Source: an uncultured Gemmatimonadales bacterium | GTDB taxonomy: Bacteria > Gemmatimonadota > Gemmatimonadetes > Longimicrobiales > RSA9 | DNA: 64,000 nt | Assembly (NCBI GenBank): GCA_963741945.1 | Contig: CAVUKA010000002.1 | Span: 32,001 to 96,000, forward strand | Reading direction: 5' to 3' | In this document: positions 39,440 through 51,202 of the stretch, in pieces | Layout of the letters: the number at the start of each line of letters is the position of its first letter | Position numbering within the stretch: position 1 is the stretch's first letter | Position numbers and translations under genes: made by a program | Notes under the pieces: model-generated | Seen by the model: the letters and a program-made list of their open reading frames with translations, nothing else | Database searches by the model: none | What the model was told of the DNA's origin: nothing

Positions 39440-40372
39440 ATGCAGCGTCGCTCCGCGGGAACCGTCATCCTCGCGCTCACCACCGCTTTCGCCCCGTTCG
39501 CCGGGGCGCACCCCGTCGCGGCGCAGAGCCGCGTGTACGTCTTCCCGGGCGCAAACTCGAGGGAGACCTACTTCAGCATGCACAACCTGCGGGCCGCCCA
39601 GGCCGTGTCCCGCGGGGCGGGGGTGAAGGTCGGCATCCTCGATCACGGCTTCGGCGTCGACCTGCGGCCCGATCTCTACGCGGGCGGCGCCACGTTCCAG
39701 ACGGGCGACTACGTGGAGAGCTGGCACCGCGGCAGCTCGCACGGCTACTGGATGGCGCTCGTGCTCCGCGAGGTGGCGCCCGAAGCGGAGATCTACGCCC
39801 TGGGCACGTCCGACTTCGGGGACGAGGCGGCCAAGGTGGATGCCATGGTGCGGGCCATCGACTGGGCCGTCGCCCATGACCTGGACGTGCTGACGTATTC
39901 GGACCGGCGCTTCTCCCCGGAGCTGCGCCCCCGCCTCGACTCCGCCGTGGCGCGGGCGCACCGCGCGGGCGTGATCACCACGTTCATCCACTATCCCGAG
40001 GCGGGGAACATCCTGCCCACCTGCATCTGCCCCCTCAGCGGCGATGACGAGCGGGAGCCGGACCTGAACATCTTCAGCTACGATTACACGACCGTCTCAC
40101 CCTTCCGGATCGACCGGTGGGAGGAGAGCGACAAGCGGCGCTACGGCGACCACCCCTTCTTCTCCATGTCCTCCACGTCCCCCGTGACCGCGGGGATGGT
40201 GGCCATGCTGCGCAGCCTCGACCCCACGCTTTCCGGCGACGACTGCCGCCGCATCCTCCAGGAGACCAGCCGACCGGTGACGTTCGAAGGGAGGACCGGG
40301 GAGCACGTCGCCGATGCGGCCGCGGCCGTCTGGGCGGTGGCGGAGCGCGTCGCGATGGGGAACCGACGCTGA
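39440..40372 (+). CDS. Small secreted S8 subtilisin-like peptidase
   Basis: GVKVGILDHG (Asp); SSHG (His); SMSSTSPVTAG (Ser motif variant); signal peptide. Confidence 0.75.
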   Translation: MQRRSAGTVILALTTAFAPFAGAHPVAAQSRVYVFPGANSRETYFSMHNLRAAQAVSRGAGVKVGILDHGFGVDLRPDLYAGGATFQTGDYVESWHRGSSHGYWMALVLREVAPEAEIYALGTSDFGDEAAKVDAMVRAIDWAVAHDLDVLTYSDRRFSPELRPRLDSAVARAHRAGVITTFIHYPEAGNILPTCICPLSGDDEREPDLNIFSYDYTTVSPFRIDRWEESDKRRYGDHPFFSMSSTSPVTAGMVAMLRSLDPTLSGDDCRRILQETSRPVTFEGRTGEHVADAAAAVWAVAERVAMGNRR

Positions 40373-40450
40373 GGCGGGGACGCGCGGAAGCCACGGGTCT
40401 CGCGCCCCGCCTCGACCCGGTCGGCGACCCGAAGTGGCAGCGCGGAACGC

Positions 40451-42613
40451 TCAGAAGGAAGGGCCGATCCCCACGTCCACTCGCCAGTCCCCGCTGGTGG
40501 CGTAGCCGAGCCCGCCGCCCAGTGGGCCGAACGGGGTGCTCCAGACGAGTCCGGCCCGGACGCCGCCGATCCACGCGTCGCCCGTCCATCCCGACGGGCG
40601 CTCGGCCGCGGCGCCGGCGCGGAGCTGGAAGCGCAGGAACCCCTCGAGCGCCACGGGGCAGGCGACGTCGAGCCCGGCCACCAGCACGGCCGGTGCGCGC
40701 CGCTCGCCCCAGCGCAGCCCCGGCACCCCGTCGCCGCCGCCCAGCGCGGGCCACGCGTCCACGGCCGCGTGGCCGCCGGCGGCCGCTCCCGTCTGTCCGC
40801 CCGCACCCCCCGACGGCGACCCGCCACCGGGGAGATCGCCCACCCAGGTGAGGTCCGCGAGCGCGGCGACCCGGAGTGGCCCCACCTGGTCCCGCAGGCT
40901 GCCCCGGGCCCGGGCACGGGCGTAGCGGAACGCCCCCGCGCGCGCTTCCATCTCCACCAGCGCGGGCACCCCCACGGGATCAATGGCGGCGCCCGCATCG
41001 CCCAGCTCCAGCCGCGGCCCCCACACCACGCCTTCACCGCCCCCATCCTCGCGCACCCATTCCACCCGCGCCTCGGCGAGCGCCCGCACCTCCGGCGAGA
41101 CGCGCCGGTAGCCCAGTCCCACCCGCCCCCCGGCGCGCCTCACACGCTGCTCCCCCGCGATGGCGCCGCCCGGCCCGAAGCGGCGCACGTCGGTGATGCG
41201 CCCGAACCCCCCGACCTCCAGGTCGACGCGGGGAGCGCGCGGCAGTACCAGCCGGGCGGAGCCGGTGATCCACTGCTCCAGCTCCTGCACGGCCGCCGCG
41301 GCGGTCAGCTCCGCCGGCGCCATACTCGCCAGCCGATGACGCACCCCCGCCCACACGCGGCCGCCCCGGTCGGTATCGTACCCCGCCGAACCGAGTAGCG
41401 TGGTCACCGGAGCCGGGGTCACGTCCACCCGCAGCCGCGGCCGCGGCGCGTCGGCGGACGGATCCGACGGGTCCACGTACGCCCACACGGCGTCCACCAG
41501 CCCGCTGGCATAGAGGGCGTCGGCGGCCGCGAACACCGCATCCGGGTCGTACGGTCCGCGGACGGCACCGGCCAGGGCGTCCCGCGCCATCCCCGCGATG
41601 CCGGGCTCGGGGGCGTGCACGTCCACCCCCGCGAAGCCTGCTGGCGGAGGCGGCAGAGCGCGCCAAGCGGGGGCGCCGGAACGCAGCGCGCTGGCGGCGG
41701 GGCCCAGCGTCGCCAGTGTGGCCCGCAGCCCGAGCCGGATGAGCGGGCCGGCGTCGCGCGGGAAGGAGGCCGCGGACATGCCCTGCGGGATGTCCGGCAG
41801 CACGAGGAAGTCGGCCCGCACCGAGTCCGGCGCGGTGTTCAGGATCAGGAGCCGCAGCGCGCGCGTCCCCAGGTCCACCATGGTGAGCCCTTCCAGCGAG
41901 GGCGATGGCCGGATCACGTCCACGGCGATGACGGTCGTCGCCCCCAGGTCGCGCGCGACCTGGATCGGCAGGTTGTCGGCGATCCCGCCATCCACCAGCC
42001 ATCGTCCGCGCCATTCCACGGGCGCGAACGCGCCGGGGACGGCCATGCTGCCGCGGACCAGCCGCGCCAGGTCGCCACGCCCCAGCACCAGCGACGAGCC
42101 CGTGCTCAGGTCCGTGGTCACCACCCGGTAGCGGCGGGGAAAGCGGTCGAAGTCGCCGCGCGCCCGGACCTGCGCGTCGAACAGCAGGCGCACCATCTCC
42201 CGGTTGATCCCGCGGTCCGGTACCAGCCCCTGCTCGAGCCCCGGGCGGCGAGTCCCCATGGGCCAGCGCAGCAGCGGGTGGAGCGGGGCCGCGTCAGGCC
42301 CGATGAACACGGCGCCCGGGGCGAACAGCCGCATCCAGTCGCGCCGCTGCATGAGAGCCCGGATCTCCGCCGGGTCCCGCCCGCTGGCGTACAACGCGCC
42401 GATGATGGCGCCCATGCTCGCCCCGGTGACGATCGCCGGCTCGATCCCGAGGCTGTCCAGTCCGGCGACGACGCCCGCGTGCGCCAGTCCCCGGGCTCCC
42501 CCGCCACTCAGCACCAGCGCCTCCTGGCCCGTGGCCGCCGCGGCACCGGCGCCCGGAACCACGCCGGCGCGGGGCGCCGCAAGCGCCGCAGGCATGGCCA
42601 GGAGCAAGAGCAT
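40451..42613 (-). CDS. Patatin-like phospholipase with C-terminal outer-membrane beta-barrel (PlpD-like)
   Basis: LSGGGARG; GASMG; DGG; C-terminal TPFGPL...VGIGPSF barrel signature; start uncertain. Confidence 0.85.
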   Translation of the reverse strand: MLLLLAMPAALAAPRAGVVPGAGAAAATGQEALVLSGGGARGLAHAGVVAGLDSLGIEPAIVTGASMGAIIGALYASGRDPAEIRALMQRRDWMRLFAPGAVFIGPDAAPLHPLLRWPMGTRRPGLEQGLVPDRGINREMVRLLFDAQVRARGDFDRFPRRYRVVTTDLSTGSSLVLGRGDLARLVRGSMAVPGAFAPVEWRGRWLVDGGIADNLPIQVARDLGATTVIAVDVIRPSPSLEGLTMVDLGTRALRLLILNTAPDSVRADFLVLPDIPQGMSAASFPRDAGPLIRLGLRATLATLGPAASALRSGAPAWRALPPPPAGFAGVDVHAPEPGIAGMARDALAGAVRGPYDPDAVFAAADALYASGLVDAVWAYVDPSDPSADAPRPRLRVDVTPAPVTTLLGSAGYDTDRGGRVWAGVRHRLASMAPAELTAAAAVQELEQWITGSARLVLPRAPRVDLEVGGFGRITDVRRFGPGGAIAGEQRVRRAGGRVGLGYRRVSPEVRALAEARVEWVREDGGGEGVVWGPRLELGDAGAAIDPVGVPALVEMEARAGAFRYARARARGSLRDQVGPLRVAALADLTWVGDLPGGGSPSGGAGGQTGAAAGGHAAVDAWPALGGGDGVPGLRWGERRAPAVLVAGLDVACPVALEGFLRFQLRAGAAAERPSGWTGDAWIGGVRAGLVWSTPFGPLGGGLGYATSGDWRVDVGIGPSF

Positions 42614-42803
42614 GCGCCGCACGAGCCTCCTCGCGTACGGGTCCGCGGCCGCGACCGCTCCGGCCGCGTTCGCTGCTACGATGGCATGAACGAGGCTGGC
42701 ACGCACGCGCCCGTGTCCCATATGTTGCGCCGGCCGCGGCGCGGCGAGGCCCGGACCGGGATACGCGCCGCGCGGAAGCTTGCGACTCCCTCGACTGCGG
42801 ATC

Positions 42804-44372
<1,569 letters not shown>

Positions 44373-44501
44373 GCGAAGACCCGACCGTCGATCCGGACGC
44401 GGCACCCGTGCGCCCTCCCCCCCGCCCTGCGCTGCGGCCCGGATCTTGACCCGGCTCGAGCGCGGATGGCCAACCCGCCAAAGCGAAGGGAGAGAAACGG
44501 C

Positions 44502-44846
44502 ATGGAAGACACGCGCGCGGCAGTCCGCACCCTCGGCTGGCTCAGCATCGCGCTGGGCGCGACCTCCGTCCTGGCCCCCGGCCTCCTCGGCTGGCTCGCC
44601 GGTCAGCGCCCCCGGCGCCTGGTGCCCCGCGTCCTCGGCGCCCGGGACCTCGTCATCGGCACCGGCCTCCTCGCCGCGGCCGACGCCCGCCCCTGGCTGC
44701 GAGCCCGTCTGGCTGCCGAGATGATGGACACCGGGCTGCATGCGACGGCCGGCCTGGTCGGCCTCTTCGGCCGCAAGCGCGCATTCCTCGCCGCCCTCAC
44801 CTCCGTCACCGCCGGCGCCGTCGAGCGGCGATTGCTCCAGGCCTGA
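44502..44846 (+). CDS. Small hypothetical membrane protein
   Basis: LGWLSIALG; GARDLVIG; purine-rich RBS upstream. Confidence 0.65.
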   Translation: MEDTRAAVRTLGWLSIALGATSVLAPGLLGWLAGQRPRRLVPRVLGARDLVIGTGLLAAADARPWLRARLAAEMMDTGLHATAGLVGLFGRKRAFLAALTSVTAGAVERRLLQA

Positions 44847-44938
44847 GCCGCCGCCGGCGAGGCGTTCACACCGCGCGGCGTTTCACCCGGCGGCTGGGCA
44901 CGCGCCGGGCGCGGCACGCTGCCGTGGCCGCCCGCGGC

Positions 44939-46399
44939 TCAGTGGCCGGCTCCGTCGCCCGCGCCCATCCCGGCTTCGATCTCCGCGATCTCCCGCGGTG
45001 CGTCCACGCTCAGCCGCTCCACGCCCGTGTCCGTGACCAGGTAGTTGTCCTCGATCCGGACACCGATGGTGTCGTAGCGGCGGACCGCGTCGCCGACGGC
45101 TTCGATGAATGCCCGGTTCTTCGGCGTGTCCCCGAGCAGCCCCAGGGCGCGGGCGCTGACGTAGATCCCGGGCTCGATGGTGAAGACGTCCCCTGGCTGG
45201 AACGTCCGCTCGCCCGAATAGAACTGCGCCGGGTCGTGGACCTCGAGGCCGATGCCGTGGGAGATGCCGTGGATCATGAACAGCATCCCCTGCAGGCATT
45301 GCGACGGCTGCGCTTCACAGTCCACCGGCCACGGCGGGTCGTACGTCGCTTCCGGCGACTGGATCAGCCCGAGCCGCGTGAGCCCTTCGAGCCGGGTCAT
45401 CACGGACGCTTGCAGCGACGCGGCGGCCGGCGCTCCGGGGCGCACCGCCCGCTCCGCCGCTTTCTCCGACGCGAGCACCAGCGCGTAGATCTCGCGCTGC
45501 TCCGGTGAGAACCGGCCGCTGACCGGGAGCGTGCGCGTCAGGTCACCCGTGTAGCCCTCGACTTCCGCACCGATGTCCATCACCACCACCTCACCCGCCC
45601 GCATCACCCGGCCGTTCCGCGAGTAGTGCAGTGTGGTGGAGTTCGGCCCCGAGCCGACGATGGTGGAGAAACCGGGCCGGGCCGCGTTCCGGCGGAACGT
45701 GTGCTCGATGGCGGCCTGCACTTCGTACTCCCCCGCTCCGGGCCGCACGGCGCCGAGGGCCACGCGGTGCGCTTCGGCGGTGACGGCCACCGCCCGACGC
45801 AGCAGCGCCGCTTCCGCCTCGCTCTTCTTCGACCGCAGCCGCATGAGCTCGGGATGCAGGTCTCGCACTTCGAGCTCCGGGTGCCGCGCCACCAGTCGCT
45901 TCACGAACGCGCCACCCCGCGTCAGCGAGTCCTGCGCCGCGTAGTCGTCCGACTCGAAGTCACGCAGCTCGAACAGCGGCACGCCCGCCGCCACCAGGGA
46001 GTCCACGTGCCCGTCCAGCTCCCCCATCGGGCGCACGCGGAACCCGGTCCGCTGCGCCAGCGCCGCCGGATCCTCGCGGAAGCCGTCGTAGAACTGCGTC
46101 CGGACGGTGGGCGTGGCCGTGAACAGCGTGGGCCTCACCCGACCCTGGTCGCCCAGCATCACCAGCACCGCGTCCGGCTCGTGGAAGCCGGTGAGATACT
46201 CGAAATCCGGGAGCTGCCGGAAGTCCGAGATGTGGCCCACGGAATTCCGCACGCCGAAAGCGATGACGGCGCCCCGCCCCATGATGGCGCCCACCGAGTC
46301 CCTGCGGGCGGCGAACTCGCCGGGCGTCACCTGGGAGCGGGCGGGGGCGGCGGCGGAAACCGTGGCCAGGATCGCCACGAGCAGCGGGTATGGACGCAT
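44939..46399 (-). CDS. pepP: Secreted Xaa-Pro aminopeptidase (M24B)
   Basis: YLTGF; TLHY; MDIG..GDLTRT; HGISHGIGLEVHD; TIEPGIY; VRIED; signal peptide. Confidence 0.92.
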   Translation of the reverse strand: MRPYPLLVAILATVSAAAPARSQVTPGEFAARRDSVGAIMGRGAVIAFGVRNSVGHISDFRQLPDFEYLTGFHEPDAVLVMLGDQGRVRPTLFTATPTVRTQFYDGFREDPAALAQRTGFRVRPMGELDGHVDSLVAAGVPLFELRDFESDDYAAQDSLTRGGAFVKRLVARHPELEVRDLHPELMRLRSKKSEAEAALLRRAVAVTAEAHRVALGAVRPGAGEYEVQAAIEHTFRRNAARPGFSTIVGSGPNSTTLHYSRNGRVMRAGEVVVMDIGAEVEGYTGDLTRTLPVSGRFSPEQREIYALVLASEKAAERAVRPGAPAAASLQASVMTRLEGLTRLGLIQSPEATYDPPWPVDCEAQPSQCLQGMLFMIHGISHGIGLEVHDPAQFYSGERTFQPGDVFTIEPGIYVSARALGLLGDTPKNRAFIEAVGDAVRRYDTIGVRIEDNYLVTDTGVERLSVDAPREIAEIEAGMGAGDGAGH

Positions 46400-46577
46400 G
46401 CGGTGAAGCCTCCGGATGGGGACGAGAGCGTGGCCATCCCTATTTGAACGCCCGTCCATTGCTCCCACAAGAGCCCGCCCTCCCAACCTTCCGCACCCCC
46501 GGGAGTGTCCCATGCACCGGGGAGAGGGATGACCGCGCCGGCGGCGGATAGGGCGAGACCGCTGGCGTGGAGCGACC

Positions 46578-49025
46578 ATGATGCAGCAGGAGACCGGCAT
46601 GAGAGCGGGTACGGGGTGGATCGATGCGCTCGCGCGGGACGTCCGCGTCGGCGTCCGGGCCCTGGCGAGGCGACCGGCGTTCACCGTCGTCGCCGTGCTG
46701 ACGCTGGCGCTGGGCATCGGCGCCTCGGTGGCCATGTTCGGCGTGCTCGACACTGCGCTGCTGCGCGCGCTGCCGTACCGCGAGCCCGGCCGCCTGGTCG
46801 TGGGCCGCACGCTTTGGCCGGACGGTAGCGTGGGCAGCACTGTCTCCGCCCCCGACTACCACGATGTGCGGGAACGGGCGGACGTGTTCGACGCCACGGG
46901 CGCGCTGACCCCGTTCGATGTCGAGGCCACGATCACCGGCGACGGGGAGCCCGAGCGGCTGAACGCCCGCTTCGTCTCGCCCGGCTTCTTCCGCCTCCTC
47001 GGCGTCGCACCCGCGCTCGGCCGTGAGTTCCGGGCGGAAGAGGGAGAGCCCGGGCTCGCGCCCACCGTCCTCATCAGTCACGAGCTGTGGCAGCGGCGCT
47101 TCGGCCGCGACCCCGCGCTGGTCGGCTCGAGCATCACCCTGGACGGCACCCCCGTCACTGTGGTGGGCGTGCTCCCCGCCGGCTTCTCCTTCTTCGGGAG
47201 CGCCGACGTCTGCATGCCCATGGTCCGCGGCGGGCCGTACGGATCCGGCCGCCAGTTCCACAACTGGCTCGTCGTAGCGCGGCTCCGGGACCACGTCACG
47301 CTGCAACAGGCGCGGGCGGACGTCGACGTCATCATGGGGCGCCTCGCCGCCACCTATCCGGCGTCCAATCGCGACAAGGGCATGGTCCTCACTCAACTGG
47401 CCGATGCCCTGGTCGAGCGCTTCCGCTCCAGCCTGCTCCTGCTCGGCGGCGCGGTCCTGCTCGTGCTCCTCATCGCGTGCGCCAACGTGGCCAGCCTCCT
47501 CCTCGCCCGCGGCGCCGGTCGTCGCGCCGAGATCGCCATGCGCACCGCCCTCGGCGCCGGCCGCGCCCACCTCGTCCGGCAACTCCTGACCGAGAGCGCC
47601 CTCATCGGCATCGCCGCCGGCGTTCTCGGCACGGCCATCGCCTTCGCCCTCAGGCGCGCGGTCCTCGGCATCGTGCCCGCCACGGCGGGCAGCCCGGATG
47701 CCGCCGCGTTCCGCCCGGCCGCACTGCTCTTCGCGCTCGGCATCACCGCCATCACCGTCCTGCTGGCCGGCCTCGCCCCGGCGCTCATGGCGACCCGCGT
47801 CGATCCGGCCGGCGACCTCCGCGATGGGGCCCGTGGCACCACCGCATCCCGGGCCTGGTTCCGGAGCGGGCTCGTCGTCGCCCAGGTCGCCCTCTCCATC
47901 CTCCTCCTGACCGGGGCCGGCCTCCTCACGCGCAGCTTCCTGACGCTGAGCAGCGTCGACCCCGGATTCCGCACCGGCGGGCTCCTCACCGCCGACGTGA
48001 GCCTCAGTCCCACGGCCTATCCGGACCCGGACCGGCGCGTCCTGTTCTTCCAGGAGCTGGAGCGACGCGCCCGGGCGATCCCGGGCGTGGAGGACGTGGC
48101 GTTCATCAGTCGACTCCCCATCCGCGACTGGGGCGGGAACGTGGCCGCGTGGAACACGGAGCACCCGCCGGCGGATGCGTCCGAGTGGCGCCTGGCGTAT
48201 GTCCGGACCGTGCTCCCCGGCTACTTCGACGCCATGGGCATTCGCATCGACCGTGGTCGGGACTTCGACGCCAGCGATATCGCCGGCGCCCAGCCTGTCA
48301 TGCTCATCAGCGAAGCGATGGCCCGGGCTCTCTTCCCGGGCGAGGACCCCATCGGCCGTCGCGTGGCCGTGGACGCCGGCCCGGAAGCGCCGCAGTTCGA
48401 AGTGGTCGGCGTCGTCGGGGACGTGCGTACGGCCGGACTCATGAACGCGGCCGGAATGACCATGTACTTCCCCCACGCCCAGCGCCCCACACCCGGCATG
48501 CGCATCGCCGTTCGCCACGCGGGCGGCCCCGCGGCCGCGGCCCTCCGTGACGTGCTGCGCGAGCTCGACCCCGATGTGCCGCTCGCCGGCGTCCGCACCA
48601 TGGACGAGGTCATCAGCCACGCCGTGGCCTTCCCCCGCGCCATCACCCTCGTCCTCGCCGCGTTCGCCGCCGTCGCCCTCTTCCTCGCCGCTCTCGGCCT
48701 CTACGGCATCCTCGCTTTCCAGGTCACCGAGCGTCGCCGGGAGATCGGCATCCGGGTCGCCCTCGGCGCCGGTAGCCGCAACGTCCTCACCGACGTCATC
48801 GGCCACGGTCTCCGTCTCCTCGCCCTCGGCCTCGGCTTCGGCGTTCCCGCCGCGCTCCTCGGCGGCCGGTTCATCGCCAGCCAGCTCTTCCAGACCACCA
48901 CCCGCGACCCCGCTACGTTCGTCACCGTCGCGCTCGTCCTGCTCGCCGCCGCCCTGGCCGCTTCCGCGCTCCCCGCGTGGCGCGCCCTGCGCGTCGACCC
49001 CGCCACCGCCCTCCGCCTGGAGTGA
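46578..49025 (+). CDS. Duplicated MacB/FtsX-type ABC permease (ADOP-like), no adjacent ATPase
   Basis: LTLALGIGA; LLIACANVASL; VVAQVALS; REIGIRVALGA; VDPATALR. Confidence 0.93.
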   Translation: MMQQETGMRAGTGWIDALARDVRVGVRALARRPAFTVVAVLTLALGIGASVAMFGVLDTALLRALPYREPGRLVVGRTLWPDGSVGSTVSAPDYHDVRERADVFDATGALTPFDVEATITGDGEPERLNARFVSPGFFRLLGVAPALGREFRAEEGEPGLAPTVLISHELWQRRFGRDPALVGSSITLDGTPVTVVGVLPAGFSFFGSADVCMPMVRGGPYGSGRQFHNWLVVARLRDHVTLQQARADVDVIMGRLAATYPASNRDKGMVLTQLADALVERFRSSLLLLGGAVLLVLLIACANVASLLLARGAGRRAEIAMRTALGAGRAHLVRQLLTESALIGIAAGVLGTAIAFALRRAVLGIVPATAGSPDAAAFRPAALLFALGITAITVLLAGLAPALMATRVDPAGDLRDGARGTTASRAWFRSGLVVAQVALSILLLTGAGLLTRSFLTLSSVDPGFRTGGLLTADVSLSPTAYPDPDRRVLFFQELERRARAIPGVEDVAFISRLPIRDWGGNVAAWNTEHPPADASEWRLAYVRTVLPGYFDAMGIRIDRGRDFDASDIAGAQPVMLISEAMARALFPGEDPIGRRVAVDAGPEAPQFEVVGVVGDVRTAGLMNAAGMTMYFPHAQRPTPGMRIAVRHAGGPAAAALRDVLRELDPDVPLAGVRTMDEVISHAVAFPRAITLVLAAFAAVALFLAALGLYGILAFQVTERRREIGIRVALGAGSRNVLTDVIGHGLRLLALGLGFGVPAALLGGRFIASQLFQTTTRDPATFVTVALVLLAAALAASALPAWRALRVDPATALRLE

Positions 49026-49043
49026 GACGCGGCCATGAATGCG

Positions 49044-49072
49044 GGAGGGGGCGCCGACCCGGTGCCCCCTCC
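49044..49072. terminator. Hairpin between convergent genes
   Basis: ggagggggcgccg-acc-cggtgccccctcc. Confidence 0.6.
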
Positions 49073-49115
49073 GTTCCTTCGTTCGTGCCGCCCCACGGGC
49101 GGCTCAACCCACGCC

Positions 49116-49316
49116 TCAGCCACCGCCCGTCCACGCGTTCGTCGAGCAGGCGCCGCCGCCACCACCACCACCCAGGAACGCCGACGCGGACATGGCCAGC
49201 TCCGTATGCTCGCTCCCGCACTCCTTGCACACCGGCGCTTCCTTCCGCTGGCTGATGCGGCGCATCGCTTCGAAGCGGCGGCCGCAATCCGTGCACTGGT
49301 ATTCGTACAGAGGCAT
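49116..49316 (-). CDS. FmdB family zinc-ribbon protein
   Basis: MPLYEYQCTDCG...CKECGS; GGGAG RBS. Confidence 0.9.
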   Translation of the reverse strand: MPLYEYQCTDCGRRFEAMRRISQRKEAPVCKECGSEHTELAMSASAFLGGGGGGGACSTNAWTGGG

Positions 49317-49327
49317 CGTGTCTCCCT

Positions 49328-49345
49328 ATTGCATGACTATGCAGT
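49328..49345. promoter_or_regulatory. Palindromic operator candidate upstream of the FmdB gene
   Basis: atTGCAT-gact-ATGCAgt, an AT-rich dyad next to the RBS. Confidence 0.45.
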
Positions 49346-49395
49346 AAGCTAATCCGTCCGCCGCCCGTGTTCCAGCCCCCCTCGCGTCCTCCGCC

Positions 49396-50506
49396 TCAGC
49401 GGTACACCCGCGGGTTCACCACCACGCGCTCCAGCCACAGCTCGACGTAGGCCCATTCGCCGCGCGGCTCCGTCCACCGCGCCTCGCCATGCGCGGGGAG
49501 GCGCAGGCCATCGAAGTCACGGTGGTCGGACAGTGGTGTGGACCATCGAAAGCGGCGGTAAGTGGTCCCGTCGAGGGACTGGAAGCGGTCGTCGGAGTGA
49601 AAGTCGACCAGGTCGCCGGCATCATCGAAATGGAGGACGCCGGAAACGGTCCAGCCCGCGTTGGAGAAGGTGGCGCGAACGCGGCGCGAGTCCAGCGGCT
49701 CCCATTCGATGGGCGCGTCCACCAGGGCGCCCGGTGCCATGAAGACCATGTCGTTCAGCACGGTCACGGTCTCGCTGCGCGTCATTTCGGGCCCATCGGC
49801 ATCGAGGACGGTGAGGAGGCCGAGGACGCGGCCGCGCATGGAGGCGGCCGAGCCGCTGTAGCGATGGAAGACGTCCACCGGCACACCGGTGCGGCGTGCA
49901 TCCATGAAGAAGAGACGGGTAGGCGGATCGAAGGTCTCGTACTGCCGGACGCGCCCGTTCATCCACGGCTGGTCCGGCCCGCTCCGGATGCGGCTCCTGC
50001 ATTCGACGAAGATGCCGTGGACGTGGGGACTGCCCACGACGCCGGCGCTGGCGGAGGAAGCGCGCCACCGGCTCGGGCAGGCGGTCCAGCTCGTCCGCGG
50101 TGATCGGCCGGTCCTCCGCCGGCATCGTGCTCAACAGCCGGGCCGCTCCGCTGCGGTATTCCGACCGGAGGCTGGACGGGCGGGTGTTCAGGGCGGTGAT
50201 CAGGAGCGGGACGAGGATGAGGATGTTGGCGATGGTGCCGAACCGGGCATCGCTCCACGCCGCGATGATCAGCGCCTGGGAGAGGACCACGCCTGGAGCC
50301 GCCGCGAGCCACCACCACCGGGGCGCCGCCAGGACCAGCACGGCGGCAGCGACGAGCAGCACCGCCGCGGCCAGCCACAGCACGCCCTCGCGCGGGCCGA
50401 TTTCCCGCTGCAGTTGGGACACGTCGGCCAGTCCGAACGCCTTGACGAAGCCCAGCAGGTGGATCGCGCCGTGAACTGCGAGCAGCACGACGAGGAAGAT
50501 GCGCAT
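49396..50506 (-). pseudogene. DUF6544-like membrane-anchored protein with +1 frameshift near 50050
   Basis: LPEPVARFLR-(extra C)-SAGVVGSP joins ORFs 49622..50506 and 49396..50037 into one coherent protein. Confidence 0.75.
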
Positions 50507-50563
50507 CGGCAGCTCCCGATCGGGGTGGTGTCGTGGCGGGCACCCGGCCGCCTCCGTCTCATC

Positions 50564-51202
50564 CTAGCCCGACGTCACCCGTCCCGCCGTAGGGATTTCC
50601 CCCAAACCGCCGTCGCCACCCGGCTGACGTTCCCCCCGTCCGCCATACCCCGGTACCAGGATCACCATGAGCGTGCGGAGCCCCGGCACGCCGGGGTCCA
50701 GCGCGCCCGCCGTCACATACCCCACCGCGCCCGGAGTCCGGGCCACGTAGAGCTGCACGGCCTGCTGGGACTCCATGACCGGCGGCGGCTCGACCCCATG
50801 GAAGTAGAGGTCGTTCCAGTAGTCGGCCAGGTCCCGGGGAGACTGTCCCAGGATGGCGCGGGAGAAGCGGTCCCGGATGGAATCGGACGCCGGCAGGTTC
50901 ACGGGCGCGATGCGTCGCCCATCCGCCCAGAAGCGCCGGCGCAGCATGAAGATGCGGCGCAGCTCGGCCGTGGTGAGGGAGCCCCGGCCGGGGTCGACGT
51001 CCGCATTGGCGATGACGACGATGGCGGCCGCGGGGAGGTCGTCGGGGTCGAGCCCCTGCCCCTGCGCCGGGGCCACCCGGATCGCGGTGAGCAGCAGCGC
51101 GCCGGCAGTGACCAGCGCCGAAACCGCGGCGCCACCCCGTCCCGGGACCCATGACCGCGGCGGGCGCAAGTTCAGAAGATCCCCGAAACGGACAGGTACC
51201 AT
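50564..51202 (-). CDS. Small periplasmic protein (phosphate-binding-protein-like fold)
   Basis: IVVIAN; ELRRIFM; YVARTPGAVGYV; signal peptide; start could be TTG 51169. Confidence 0.75.
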   Translation of the reverse strand: MVPVRFGDLLNLRPPRSWVPGRGGAAVSALVTAGALLLTAIRVAPAQGQGLDPDDLPAAAIVVIANADVDPGRGSLTTAELRRIFMLRRRFWADGRRIAPVNLPASDSIRDRFSRAILGQSPRDLADYWNDLYFHGVEPPPVMESQQAVQLYVARTPGAVGYVTAGALDPGVPGLRTLMVILVPGYGGRGERQPGGDGGLGEIPTAGRVTSG

